Source: a bacterium
Lineage (GTDB): Bacteria > SAR324 > XYD2-FULL-50-16
Assembly (NCBI GenBank): GCA_032250835.1
Contig: JAVVEA010000001.1
Location: 64,001-128,000 of the forward strand
Length of the DNA: 64,000 bases
Direction of reading: 5' to 3'
Shown piece by piece: positions 40,511-49,497 of the stretch (position 1 is its first letter; every line of letters starts with the position of its first letter). Both the position numbers and the translations under genes were made by a program. The notes beneath the pieces were generated by a model. It had not been told where the DNA came from, ran no database searches, and saw nothing but the letters and a program-made list of their open reading frames with translations.

Positions 40511-40778
40511 ATTTTATAATAAATTTACATGCAAGCTTTTTTCAGAAGTTTTTTAAGAAAACTCGACCTTTTTGTAACCCACCTCTCTGAGGTCACCGGG
40601 AAAGTGATAAGATCCGATTGGGCTTAATGGACCAACAGGCCTTGTGATATGGTTATCGGATCAATTTTTTTCCAAGTTGATCCTAGATTTGCTTTCAAAT
40701 TGCATGGTCAACTGGATGAAAGCTGAAATGGGGCCCCATCTTTAGAGCCCTTTAGTGAACCCTGCCAAAGGTACAGAA

Positions 40779-41693
40779 ATGAAAGGAATATCCCTCTTCG
40801 CCGCAATTTTGCTGGCTTCCAGCCCAGCTCTAATGGCCGAATCGGCCTGTAGCGGTGCGGGTTGCCTCCCCCAACCGATTCAAGACAGTTGCACCGTGAA
40901 TACGGTCTCGGGCTGTATCGATTGGGAAAAAGGTATTGTCTACTCCACCGGTATGGGGGTGCCTAACGAGAAATTCACCTCGGCGGCCCAAAAACGCTAT
41001 TCGGCCTATCAAGCAGCCCGGGTCGTAGCCCAGCGCAACCTGTTGGCCATGATTGAAGATATCAACATCACCTCGGAGCAGACCGTTAAAATGGGGATGC
41101 TTGAAAACGACACCATCAACGTACAGATCCAAGGCACCATCAAACATGTCTCGGAAGTAGGCAAGCCTAAGGTGGCCAGCGATGGTAGCACCTATGTGAC
41201 GATGCAGATGCACCTGCGCGACATCCTGTCGATCCTGCAAAAGAACGAGGGCTTTGAGCTGATGGACCAAGAGATTCCTAGTTCACCGGACCTTAGAGGC
41301 AAAGGGCAAACCCTAGAAGGCACCGGCGAGGTAAGTTATGGCGGCAATAGCAGCACCGTATATACGGGATTGATCATCGACGCACGCGGCACCGGGGTTA
41401 AGCCCGCAATGAGCCCCAAAGTGGTCAGTCAAGAGGGCCGCGAAATCTATGGATCGGCCAAGGTAGACCGCGAATTTGCCTTAGAATATGGCGTGGTGGG
41501 CTATGTGAAATCCCTAGAGCAGGCCCAAAATAGCGAGCGCGTCCAGGGTAACCCGCTCTATATTAAGGCTAGTTTGCTAGGCACTAAAAAACAGTCGGAC
41601 CTGAAGATTTCGGAAGAAGACGCCCATTTGTTGATGGAACTTGAACTTTCCCAAGCCTTCCTTCGGGAAGGTCGGGTGATGATCGTACTTTAA
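40779..41693 (+). CDS. Secreted LPP20-like protein
   Basis: Signal peptide; 'IDWEKGIV.STGMG', 'AARVVAQRNL', 'YTGLIIDARG..KPAMSP', 'RVMIVL'. Confidence 0.6.
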   Translation: MKGISLFAAILLASSPALMAESACSGAGCLPQPIQDSCTVNTVSGCIDWEKGIVYSTGMGVPNEKFTSAAQKRYSAYQAARVVAQRNLLAMIEDINITSEQTVKMGMLENDTINVQIQGTIKHVSEVGKPKVASDGSTYVTMQMHLRDILSILQKNEGFELMDQEIPSSPDLRGKGQTLEGTGEVSYGGNSSTVYTGLIIDARGTGVKPAMSPKVVSQEGREIYGSAKVDREFALEYGVVGYVKSLEQAQNSERVQGNPLYIKASLLGTKKQSDLKISEEDAHLLMELELSQAFLREGRVMIVL

Positions 41694-41703
41694 GGAGACG
41701 GGG

Positions 41704-42915
41704 ATGATAGTGAATTATAAATGGACCCAAGGGCTTTTGGTCTTGGGTACGGCGCTCACTTTAAGTGCTTGCGGCGGACCGGCGGCCCAACAGACCCGCA
41801 GTTCTCAAAGCAAGATGGACACGCCGGCCTACCACCAACAGATTGCCGACCGGCACTTGCTGCAAGGTGATTACGGCACCGCAAAATCCGAATACAACCT
41901 GGCTTTGGAGCTACAGGGCAATCATTCAAAAAGCGAAAGCGGCCTTGCCGTGGCCCTGGCCTATTTGGCTAGCGGCAATGTGACTGAAGAAACCAAAGAT
42001 GAAGTCTTTGCCCGCGGCAGCAGCCTGTTAGAAAAGGCCCTTGACCATGCCCAAGACAATGAAGATAAGGCCAGGGCCCATGTGAACGCCCTGCGCTTTT
42101 ATGTGGTTACCGAACGCCCTAAAGACGGCTGGTTTGACAAGGCCCAGGACCACTTTGAAGACGCCGTAAAATTGGCTCCTTCAGACCCGGAGCCCTATTA
42201 TTTTATGGGCAGCGCCCACGCCTCTCGCCTCGATTACGAAGCGGCCATCCGCCAGTATGAAAAGGTGATGGCCATCGGTGGACGCTACGACGTAGAGGCC
42301 GGCAATGCCCTAAAAGAAATCCAGAAGATCCAGCGGGCCCTACCAGGAAGCCGCTTTGGTGAACAATTAGCCAACGAAAGCTCGATCACCCGCGCCGATA
42401 CGGCGGCTTTGCTGATTGCGGAATTACGGCTCGACCGGCTGTACATGAGCCGCTCTAAAGAAGTGACCCCTGGCTTTATGCCGCCTTCGGGACAACGCCG
42501 GATGGAGTTGGCCCCGAGCCAGAAAATGCCCGAGGCAACGGACCTGTACAACCACCCCATGAAGAACAGCATCGAGATGGTGCTTTCATTAGGTATCAAG
42601 GGCTTAGAAGCAGACGCCGCCCATAAATTCCACCCCAGCGAAGCGCTGACCCGGGCGGAATTTGCCATGGTCTTGCAGGATGTTCTGGTCAAGATCACCC
42701 AAGAAACAGACTTAGATACTCGTTTTGTGGGCCAAGACAGTCCCTTTGATGACGTCAACGCCAGCCGCTGGTATTACAATGCGGTACGCACAGCAGTAAC
42801 CCGGAATTTGATGGAGCCCGCGGGCTCGGGCAAATTCCAGCCCATGGGTAAAGTAAGCGGGGCCGACGCCCTCTTGGCGGTACGCAAGCTCAAAGAAGAG
42901 TTGAAGCGTTATTGA
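41704..42915 (+). CDS. Lipoprotein with TPR repeats and C-terminal SLH-like domains
   Basis: Lipobox 'LSAC'; TPR motifs; SLH-like 'FHPSEALTRAEFA', 'ITRADTA', 'FDDV..SRWY', 'FQPMGKVSGADA'. Confidence 0.75.
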   Translation: MIVNYKWTQGLLVLGTALTLSACGGPAAQQTRSSQSKMDTPAYHQQIADRHLLQGDYGTAKSEYNLALELQGNHSKSESGLAVALAYLASGNVTEETKDEVFARGSSLLEKALDHAQDNEDKARAHVNALRFYVVTERPKDGWFDKAQDHFEDAVKLAPSDPEPYYFMGSAHASRLDYEAAIRQYEKVMAIGGRYDVEAGNALKEIQKIQRALPGSRFGEQLANESSITRADTAALLIAELRLDRLYMSRSKEVTPGFMPPSGQRRMELAPSQKMPEATDLYNHPMKNSIEMVLSLGIKGLEADAAHKFHPSEALTRAEFAMVLQDVLVKITQETDLDTRFVGQDSPFDDVNASRWYYNAVRTAVTRNLMEPAGSGKFQPMGKVSGADALLAVRKLKEELKRY

Positions 42916-42939
42916 TTTAGTAAGCTAGACGAAGACGAG

Positions 42940-42967
42940 AAAGGGCCCCTTTGGGGCTCTTTTTTTT
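42940..42967. terminator. Intrinsic terminator
   Basis: AAAGGGCCCC-TTT-GGGGCTCTTTTTTTT. Confidence 0.85.
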
Positions 42968-42976
42968 GCTCTGAAT

Positions 42977-43390
42977 TTAATAGCGCGTCGCGGTAGGAAG
43001 GTGGAAGCCCGACTCTTTTAAAAAGCCTTGTACCTGAGAAATGCTGAAGGGTTTCGACAAAAATAGATCGGTACCGGCGGCACATCCTTCTAAAATGAGG
43101 CGGTTGTTTGGGTAACTGGTGGTCAGTACCAACTTGGTACGGAGTGCTGCAGGCACTTGGTTTTTGGCCTCATCGTCGCGGATCATGCGCTGTAGGGTAA
43201 GGCCATCGACTAAGGGGAGGGCATAATCAAGGAAGGCAATATCATACCTCGATCCTGCTTCGGCGGCTTGAAGATAAAGCTCCCAGGCGTCTTTCCCGTT
43301 TTGCGCCCGGTCCACCTCGCCGTAGTAGTTTAGTAAAGTTTCCAGATATTTTGCGTTGGTTGGTTGGCTTTGCACCACTAAGGCATGCAT
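42977..43390 (-). CDS. Single-domain response regulator, atypical (acidic pocket lost)
   Basis: 'ALVVQSQ', 'IAFLDYALP', 'FLSKPF'. Start 43390 behind AGAGGA. Confidence 0.75.
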   Translation of the reverse strand: MHALVVQSQPTNAKYLETLLNYYGEVDRAQNGKDAWELYLQAAEAGSRYDIAFLDYALPLVDGLTLQRMIRDDEAKNQVPAALRTKLVLTTSYPNNRLILEGCAAGTDLFLSKPFSISQVQGFLKESGFHLPTATRY

Positions 43391-43473
43391 AAGCATTCCT
43401 CTTAAAATCAAGCGTTGACGATGAGACTGTATAGCCAATCGCTGCCGATTTGTCCAAGGTTTAGTGTGCTAGA

Positions 43474-43878
43474 TTACAGTTCCTCGGGGTGATAACCTAA
43501 TTCCTTTAAGAACCCGCGCACTTCAGGAGGCCCGAAGGGCTTGGTTAGATACAGGTCCGTTCCCTCTTGAAAGCCTTTAAGAACATACTTAGTATCCGTC
43601 AGGGCGGTGGCCAGAATCAGATGGGTGCGGTCCTTTGCTTCGACGTGCCGCCGCCTTTCATCGTTGCGGATTTGGGCTAATACCTCGAATCCATCGCGAC
43701 CGGGCAAAACGATGTCTATCACGACCACCTCAAAGGGTTCTTGTTGTTCTAATGCCTCTTTAAAGCGTTGTATTCCTTCGAAGGCGTTAGTTACGCAGGT
43801 ACAGGGGCCGTAACGCATCAAGATGCGTTCCAGCAGCAACCGACTGCCCAGGTCGTCTTCAATGACTAAACTTTTCAT
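43474..43878 (-). CDS. Single-domain response regulator (CheY-like)
   Basis: 'LVIEDD', 'VIDIVLP..DG', 'LATA', 'YLTKPF'. Start 43878 behind GGAGG. Confidence 0.85.
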   Translation of the reverse strand: MKSLVIEDDLGSRLLLERILMRYGPCTCVTNAFEGIQRFKEALEQQEPFEVVVIDIVLPGRDGFEVLAQIRNDERRRHVEAKDRTHLILATALTDTKYVLKGFQEGTDLYLTKPFGPPEVRGFLKELGYHPEEL

Positions 43879-43928
43879 GTTGCCCTCCAGGAGGGCGGTC
43901 CCCAGGGTAGTTGGGGGGCCCATGGCCG

Positions 43929-44489
43929 TTAGTTGAAAATCGGCCCGGCAGTATCGCCCGGATCGATCAGGTCTTGAACGTGAGCCCCAAGGGATTCAAA
44001 GGCTTCAGGCCAGCGCTTTTCCAGGGGCGTTTCAAACAGCAACTTAAGGTCTAACTCCGCTTCCCACCATGATCCTTCGACGATTTCCCGGTCCAATTGG
44101 CCCGGACCCCAGCCCGCATAGCCGATCCCTGCTTGAAAGATCAGCGGCCGCTCGGCTACCGGCAGGGCTAAGATACTAGAAGCCGGACTCAAGTAGACCT
44201 CCTGGTTTAGCAACATGGTTCCTTCGCAACGGGCGCTCGGTTCGTGCAACAGCCAAAAAAAATCGGTCTGAACCGGGCCCCCTAAGAGCAGGGGTAGGTC
44301 TACACCATCAATCGAAGAGAGGTCTAAAAGTCGCAGGGCCTGGGCTAGGTTGGCCCCGGTGTCGTGGTTGACAATAAACCCCAGGGCCCCTTCACTGTGG
44401 TGTTCAGCCATCAGGATTAAGCTCTTAGAGAAGAGCGACTCCTGTAGCGAAGGCATGGCAATCAGAAAGCTGGCTTTTTTAGACTCCAT
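43929..44489 (-). CDS. YqgE/AlgH (DUF179) family protein
   Basis: 'FLIAMP', 'GALGFIVN', 'GGPV', 'GYAGWGPGQLDREI..GSW'. Confidence 0.92.
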   Translation of the reverse strand: MESKKASFLIAMPSLQESLFSKSLILMAEHHSEGALGFIVNHDTGANLAQALRLLDLSSIDGVDLPLLLGGPVQTDFFWLLHEPSARCEGTMLLNQEVYLSPASSILALPVAERPLIFQAGIGYAGWGPGQLDREIVEGSWWEAELDLKLLFETPLEKRWPEAFESLGAHVQDLIDPGDTAGPIFN

Positions 44490-44542
44490 CGGTTACACTC
44501 TGCATTTAATAAACGGGCTGGATCCCCTGGAATCAAAGGTTC

Positions 44543-45229
44543 ATGCGCCGAACGCACTCGCTCTTATGGTGGCTTAGCGCCTTGTTGGTCCCTCTGATAT
44601 TCGCAGGGTGCCAAAGCAAGGAACTGGACCAGGACGGTGGTTATTTCAATGAAAAAACCGGCCGCTATGTCTACGTGCGCCCTAAAAAGATGGTCCCTAA
44701 GGACTATAAAGGGGCGGTGCGACAACCCCGCGAAGGACAGCCCCAGATGATCAAGGCCCGGGTCGCCAAGATCGATGCGGACCTGCACAGCCTCTGGTTA
44801 CATTTTGAAGAACGACAGTCCTATCAAATTGTAGCCGAAACCCTGGCCCGCCGCAACCGAGACGATAAAGACCGCAACCTCCGCGTCTTGATCAAATTTG
44901 TCTCTCCCCTCGCTTCAGTAGACGAGGTGGCCTTTCGTAAGCGTTGGCAAGAGTATACCACTCAGGTACTGGAAACTCAATTATTGAATCGGGAAGTCTT
45001 AGCTGAGGTGCATTATCAGCCCAAATCCAAACAGCTTGAAGCCTATGTGACCATGGAAGTATCCGATGAGTCCGGCGCCCGGATCTTACGCAACATAAAC
45101 AAGTGGATGATTTATCAGGGTCTTTCTTATTTCTTTATGGAAGACGCCGATCCACCAGAAATTAAAGAGTACAGTCAAGCCCAATCCCTTGCCAAAGAAC
45201 GGCGTGCGGGGTTATGGAATTACCAGTGA
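44543..45229 (+). CDS. Lipoprotein with degenerate thermonuclease (SNase)-like domain
   Basis: Lipobox 'FAGC'; SNase-like C-terminus 'NINKWMIYQGLS...AQSLAKERRAGLW'. Confidence 0.55.
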   Translation: MRRTHSLLWWLSALLVPLIFAGCQSKELDQDGGYFNEKTGRYVYVRPKKMVPKDYKGAVRQPREGQPQMIKARVAKIDADLHSLWLHFEERQSYQIVAETLARRNRDDKDRNLRVLIKFVSPLASVDEVAFRKRWQEYTTQVLETQLLNREVLAEVHYQPKSKQLEAYVTMEVSDESGARILRNINKWMIYQGLSYFFMEDADPPEIKEYSQAQSLAKERRAGLWNYQ

Positions 45230-45274
45230 TAACACTTGCAAAACTCTTTGCTTTACACGACAATTTGAGGAACA

Positions 45275-45697
45275 ATGTCAACTGAACGTACCCTTTCCAT
45301 CATCAAGCCCGACGGCGTCAAAAAAGGCGTAATCGGCGACATCTTGAACCGCTTCGAGAAGGCTGGCCTGAAAATCGCCGCCATGAAGTTGGTTCACCTT
45401 TCGCGCAAAGAAGCCGAAGGTTTTTATGCTGTACACTCTGCCCGCCCCTTCTTTGGCGAGCTTTGCGACTTTATGTGCAGCGGCCCGGTGGTGATTAGCG
45501 TTTTGGAAGGGGCCGGTGCCATTGCCAAAAACCGCGAATTGATGGGTGCCACCAATCCGGCCGAAGCTGCCGAAGGCACCATCCGCAAGGACCACGCCGA
45601 TTCAATCGGCGAAAATACGGTGCACGGGTCCGATGGCCCCGACACCGCCAAGACCGAAATCGCTTATTTCTTTAGCGATATCGAATTGGTCAATTAA
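45275..45697 (+). CDS. ndk: Nucleoside diphosphate kinase
   Basis: '[12 protein letters not shown]', 'MGATNP', 'NTVHGSD'. Confidence 0.98.
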   Translation: MSTERTLSIIKPDGVKKGVIGDILNRFEKAGLKIAAMKLVHLSRKEAEGFYAVHSARPFFGELCDFMCSGPVVISVLEGAGAIAKNRELMGATNPAEAAEGTIRKDHADSIGENTVHGSDGPDTAKTEIAYFFSDIELVN

Positions 45698-45725
45698 TCA
45701 CGCTAGGCCCAGGGAGGAGAGTTTC

Positions 45726-46910
45726 GTGTTCCTGCACCAGCTAAGGACTCAGTTCAAAAAAAGCATCCCCGTAAGTGAAGGCTTCTTCAAATTGATGAAG
45801 TCAAACTTCGGATTTTACATTGAACTTTGTAACGATTTTCATGCCTCTCTGGGTACTGCGGTTGAGCAAAACCGCGTCAGTCCCTTTCTGCAAGAGGACC
45901 TACGCCCCCGTCTTTTCTCCGAAGAAGTCTGCCGCAATATCGAAGCGGTCAAGAAGGCTTTCTTGAGCGAGATCATCAAACTCGAACAATTTGTTGGCCA
46001 AGGTGGCGAGCCCGCCAAACTCAACGACCTTAGCGAGCTAAAGTCCGTTGCCGACTCGATCTACGAGCTGCTTCAGTCTCATTGGGAATTTTACAAGTAC
46101 CAGAAATCAGTGGTTACCGACCGCGTTCTGGTGGCTTTCATCCAAGAGATTGACCGCATCGGCATCTGTTGGGACTCCTATGTAGAAAAATACCTAGCCG
46201 CGACCCGGATTTTGGGCGTCGCCGAACATCAGCCCCAAATCAGCGGGATGGGATCGGTAAAGGTCTATTATCACTTACCCTTAGAGGTGCGCTTCAGCCT
46301 GGATATGGCGGGGCAGCTCAACCAACTCTTTAGCCTGCTCTACGAGTTCGTCAATGAAGTCTTCGGGCGTGATAAGCAGCAGGTCCAACCCCTTGAGGTG
46401 ATGACCTTCGAAGCGGCCCACCCGGTCCATTACACCCTGGCTTTGCCCAAGGAACTGGTGGATGCCTTTGCCCGGTTGGTGGACTACCTAAGCATCGACG
46501 TGATCAAGCGGGAAACGTTGGTCAAGTACGTGATGGAGGTGGTGCAGCAGCAACAGGGCCAGGATATGGCCAAACCAGTGATGAATGGCTACCTCAAGAA
46601 AATCTCCAAATGTTTTGAGGGCTTGCCTGCTGAAGGCTATTTGAGCATCGATGCCGCAGAAGACCGCGATTCGGTGATGGTGTTGTCTCAATTGACCCAA
46701 GAACTAGACCGGATGAAGGTCGAATACAAAGACCTAATGCAAGGTGCCGAACGGCGTCTGGCCCGCAACCGCCTGAAGGCTCCGGCAGAGGCCCAGAACC
46801 CCGAGCTCAGCGCCCCACCGCAAAACCTGGTCGAAGCACCAAACGACCCCAGTACGGTCCAGAAGATCAGCGTCGCGAAAAAGGAACACCACGGGTTCTT
46901 GACCTCCTGA
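45726..46910 (+). CDS. Hypothetical soluble alpha-helical protein
   Basis: GTG start behind GGAGGAG; a 394-codon ORF directly after ndk with no motif recognised. Confidence 0.7.
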   Translation: MFLHQLRTQFKKSIPVSEGFFKLMKSNFGFYIELCNDFHASLGTAVEQNRVSPFLQEDLRPRLFSEEVCRNIEAVKKAFLSEIIKLEQFVGQGGEPAKLNDLSELKSVADSIYELLQSHWEFYKYQKSVVTDRVLVAFIQEIDRIGICWDSYVEKYLAATRILGVAEHQPQISGMGSVKVYYHLPLEVRFSLDMAGQLNQLFSLLYEFVNEVFGRDKQQVQPLEVMTFEAAHPVHYTLALPKELVDAFARLVDYLSIDVIKRETLVKYVMEVVQQQQGQDMAKPVMNGYLKKISKCFEGLPAEGYLSIDAAEDRDSVMVLSQLTQELDRMKVEYKDLMQGAERRLARNRLKAPAEAQNPELSAPPQNLVEAPNDPSTVQKISVAKKEHHGFLTS

Positions 46911-47351
46911 AGTTCATTCTGAAGCCTTCTAGGCCTATAAAAACACCGGCTATAACTTATTTAGGGACCTGCTCTCGCAGAGTCCCAAGGCTCCTGCAAT
47001 CCAGATTTAAACAGAGGATGAATCCTTATCGGTTCTTTGGATTGTTTTTGGCGTGATTGGCCTCTTGAGGGTCTGAGGGCTTGAGAGAGACTCTTTTATC
47101 CTCGTGCCCCAAAAGACCCCAGACCCATACCTTCAACCTTAACTCGCTACCGGATCTGCTCCAACGCAGCGCGGCTGGTTCCTGGCCTTTGCCTTGGCTG
47201 ATTGGTGGGGGCACAGATAGGCCGGAGGTCCCCAGCGGCCACCAGCTCAACTCCAAGCCGACGCCCGGCACAATGACGGTCTAGCGGCCCTAAGGGGTTC
47301 TCTAGGGCGGGCTGGTTGGGGGGGCCGGCGAAGCACCAGACCTTTAGGCCT

Positions 47352-47681
47352 TCATTCTGTATGGCTGCTGAATAAGACCGGATGCAACTTGAGGCTGTCT
47401 GTTTCCCAGGCTAGGGAAATCCAGGCCTTAAAGTCGATAAAGTAGGGGTGCTGGGAGGCTTTTAACGCCTCTGAAGCGGCTTTGAGGTCTTCGGCTTCAA
47501 TGTAAAACAGAAGCCAAGTCCCGTCTTTCAGCTCTTCTAAAGCCAGCATTTCATAGGTCACGCCCAACTCAGCCAGCGCCGCGCGGAACTCGGCGCGGTA
47601 GGCTTGGCGCTGCGCGACCCAGGATTTAAAGGCATTGACTTGGCCCGGCTTAAGCCGGACCCGGATCATTTGTTCGGCCAT
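47352..47681 (-). CDS. Small alpha/beta-barrel protein (DUF6176-like)
   Basis: 'RVRLKPG', 'LGVTYEMLAL', 'SQHPYFIDFKAW'; abuts hisI. Confidence 0.55.
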   Translation of the reverse strand: MAEQMIRVRLKPGQVNAFKSWVAQRQAYRAEFRAALAELGVTYEMLALEELKDGTWLLFYIEAEDLKAASEALKASQHPYFIDFKAWISLAWETDSLKLHPVLFSSHTE

Positions 47682-48095
47682 CTAGGGGTCTAGGTTTTCC
47701 AGGCGGCCCTGCTCGTCAATGCGGCGATAAAAACAGCCCAAGCGGGGGACGCCTTCGTGGTTTTTGGTGTGGCAAGCGCCCTCGTTAGCCAAGGTACAAA
47801 GGTATAATACCGAGTTTTGCTCGCAGTTGACCAGCACTTCATGCACGTAGAGGTATTCACCTGAAGTGGCCCCTTTAATCCAAAGCTCATTGCGGCTGGT
47901 GCTCCAAAAGGTAGCGACCTGCTCTTTAATGGTGTGCTCTAGGGCTTTGCGGTTGGCGTAGCCGATAATCAATATCTCACCGCTTTCCATATCTTGCGCC
48001 ACCGCAGGTAAGACGTCCTCTCCGCAGCGGGCCACTTTTTTCAGTTTGCTATAGTCTAGCTGGAGCTTGCGCCCCTCTTCCAATTCCTTACTCAT
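47682..48095 (-). CDS. hisI: Phosphoribosyl-AMP cyclohydrolase
   Basis: 'LPAVAQD', 'FWSTSRNELWIKGATSG', 'NCEQNS', 'GACHT', 'CFYR'. Confidence 0.9.
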   Translation of the reverse strand: MSKELEEGRKLQLDYSKLKKVARCGEDVLPAVAQDMESGEILIIGYANRKALEHTIKEQVATFWSTSRNELWIKGATSGEYLYVHEVLVNCEQNSVLYLCTLANEGACHTKNHEGVPRLGCFYRRIDEQGRLENLDP

Positions 48096-48101
48096 CTGAA
48101 C

Positions 48102-49493
48102 CTAAAAGAGATTACGTTTGTGAAAATATCCAATCAACTGGTCGATAGGGACCCGTTCTTGTTGCATGCTGTCGCGTTCGCGCACCGTTACGGCCTGATC
48201 CTCTAAGGAATCAAAATCAAAGGTAACACAGTAGGGCGTACCCACTTCGTCTTGGCGGCGGTAACGCTTGCCAATCGACTGGCTTTCGTCAAAGTCACAG
48301 GGCCAGTAGGGTGCCAGCTTCTCAAAGAGCTCCATCGCGGGCTCGGCCAGCTTCTTTGAAAGCGGCAAGACCGCAACCTTAACCGGAGCCAGTTTAGGGT
48401 GGAGCCGCAGCACCACGCGTACATCGCCTTCGCCGACTTCTTCTTCGTCGTAGGCGGACAACAAAAAGGCCAGAGCCACCCGATCGACGCCTAAACTAGG
48501 CTCGATCACATGGGGTAAATATTTTTCATTGCTGACCGGATCATGGTAGATCAGGTCCTTGCCGCTGTGGGTCTGGTGTTGGGTCAGGTCGAAATCGCCC
48601 CGGTGGGCGATTCCCCAAAGCTCCCCCCAGCCAAAGGGAAACTGAAATTCAATGTCGCTGGTGGCCTTAGAATAGTGGCTTAATTCGTCGGCCTCATGGT
48701 CACGCATCCGGGTTTTTTCTGCGGTCATGCCGTGGTCATCGAGCCACTTGGCGCAGAAGTTTTTCCAGGTTTCATGAGCCTCCAGGCTCTGGTCGGGGTG
48801 GCAGAAGTATTCTAGTTCCATCTGCTCGAATTCGCGGGTACGGAAGGTGAAGTTGCCCGGCGTGATCTCGTTGCGGAAGGCCTTACCGATCTGGGCGACC
48901 CCAAAGGGGATACGCTTGCGGGTGGTGGTGGCCAGATGTTTGAAGTTCACAAAAATACCCTGAGCCGTTTCGGGCCGCAGGTAGACCACGGAGCTGGCAT
49001 CTTCGGTAACGCCCACAAAGGTCTTGAACATCAAGTTAAATTCACGGATGTCCGTATAGTCATGGGCGCCGCATTTAGGGCAGTCGATGCCTAAGTCGTC
49101 GATCATCTGCTTGAGTTCGCTGTGGCTTTTGCCCGCCGCTTCACTGACTTCGCGGCCCAGGGACTCTAGCTTTTCTTCAATCAATTTGTCGGCCCGGTGG
49201 CGCAGTTTGCACTGCTTACAGTCCATCAGGGGGTCAGAAAACCCGCCTACGTGACCCGAAGCTTCCCAAACCTTAGGGTTCATCAGGATCGCCGAATCTA
49301 AGCCCACCACGTCGAGGCGAGAGGAAACAAAGGACTTCCACCAAGCCTTCTTGACGTTATTCTTAAGCTCAACGCCCAGCGGGCCGTAGTCCCAAGAGTT
49401 GGCTAGGCCTCCGTAAATATCACTGCCCGGAAAGACGTAACCCCGGCGTTTGGCCAGAGAGATGATCTTATCCATCGTAACTTCGCTGCTCAT
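48102..49493 (-). CDS. glyQS: Glycine--tRNA ligase, homodimeric (alpha2) type
   Basis: '[13 protein letters not shown]', '[11 protein letters not shown]', '[20 protein letters not shown]', '[14 protein letters not shown]'. Confidence 0.97.
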   Translation of the reverse strand: MSSEVTMDKIISLAKRRGYVFPGSDIYGGLANSWDYGPLGVELKNNVKKAWWKSFVSSRLDVVGLDSAILMNPKVWEASGHVGGFSDPLMDCKQCKLRHRADKLIEEKLESLGREVSEAAGKSHSELKQMIDDLGIDCPKCGAHDYTDIREFNLMFKTFVGVTEDASSVVYLRPETAQGIFVNFKHLATTTRKRIPFGVAQIGKAFRNEITPGNFTFRTREFEQMELEYFCHPDQSLEAHETWKNFCAKWLDDHGMTAEKTRMRDHEADELSHYSKATSDIEFQFPFGWGELWGIAHRGDFDLTQHQTHSGKDLIYHDPVSNEKYLPHVIEPSLGVDRVALAFLLSAYDEEEVGEGDVRVVLRLHPKLAPVKVAVLPLSKKLAEPAMELFEKLAPYWPCDFDESQSIGKRYRRQDEVGTPYCVTFDFDSLEDQAVTVRERDSMQQERVPIDQLIGYFHKRNLF

Positions 49494-49497
49494 GGGC

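Noticed and set aside
40685..40706. Possible sigma54 promoter (TTGC at -12) upstream of the LPP20-like gene
   Set aside because: The invariant -24 GG is missing.
45546..45725. ORF overlapping ndk in another frame
   Set aside because: A GTG with a strong RBS at 45726 is the better start; the extension is a shadow of ndk.
47026..47284. Two small opposing ORFs (81 and 67 aa) in the large intergenic gap
   Set aside because: Low-complexity Pro/Ser/Gly composition, no RBS, and they overlap each other.
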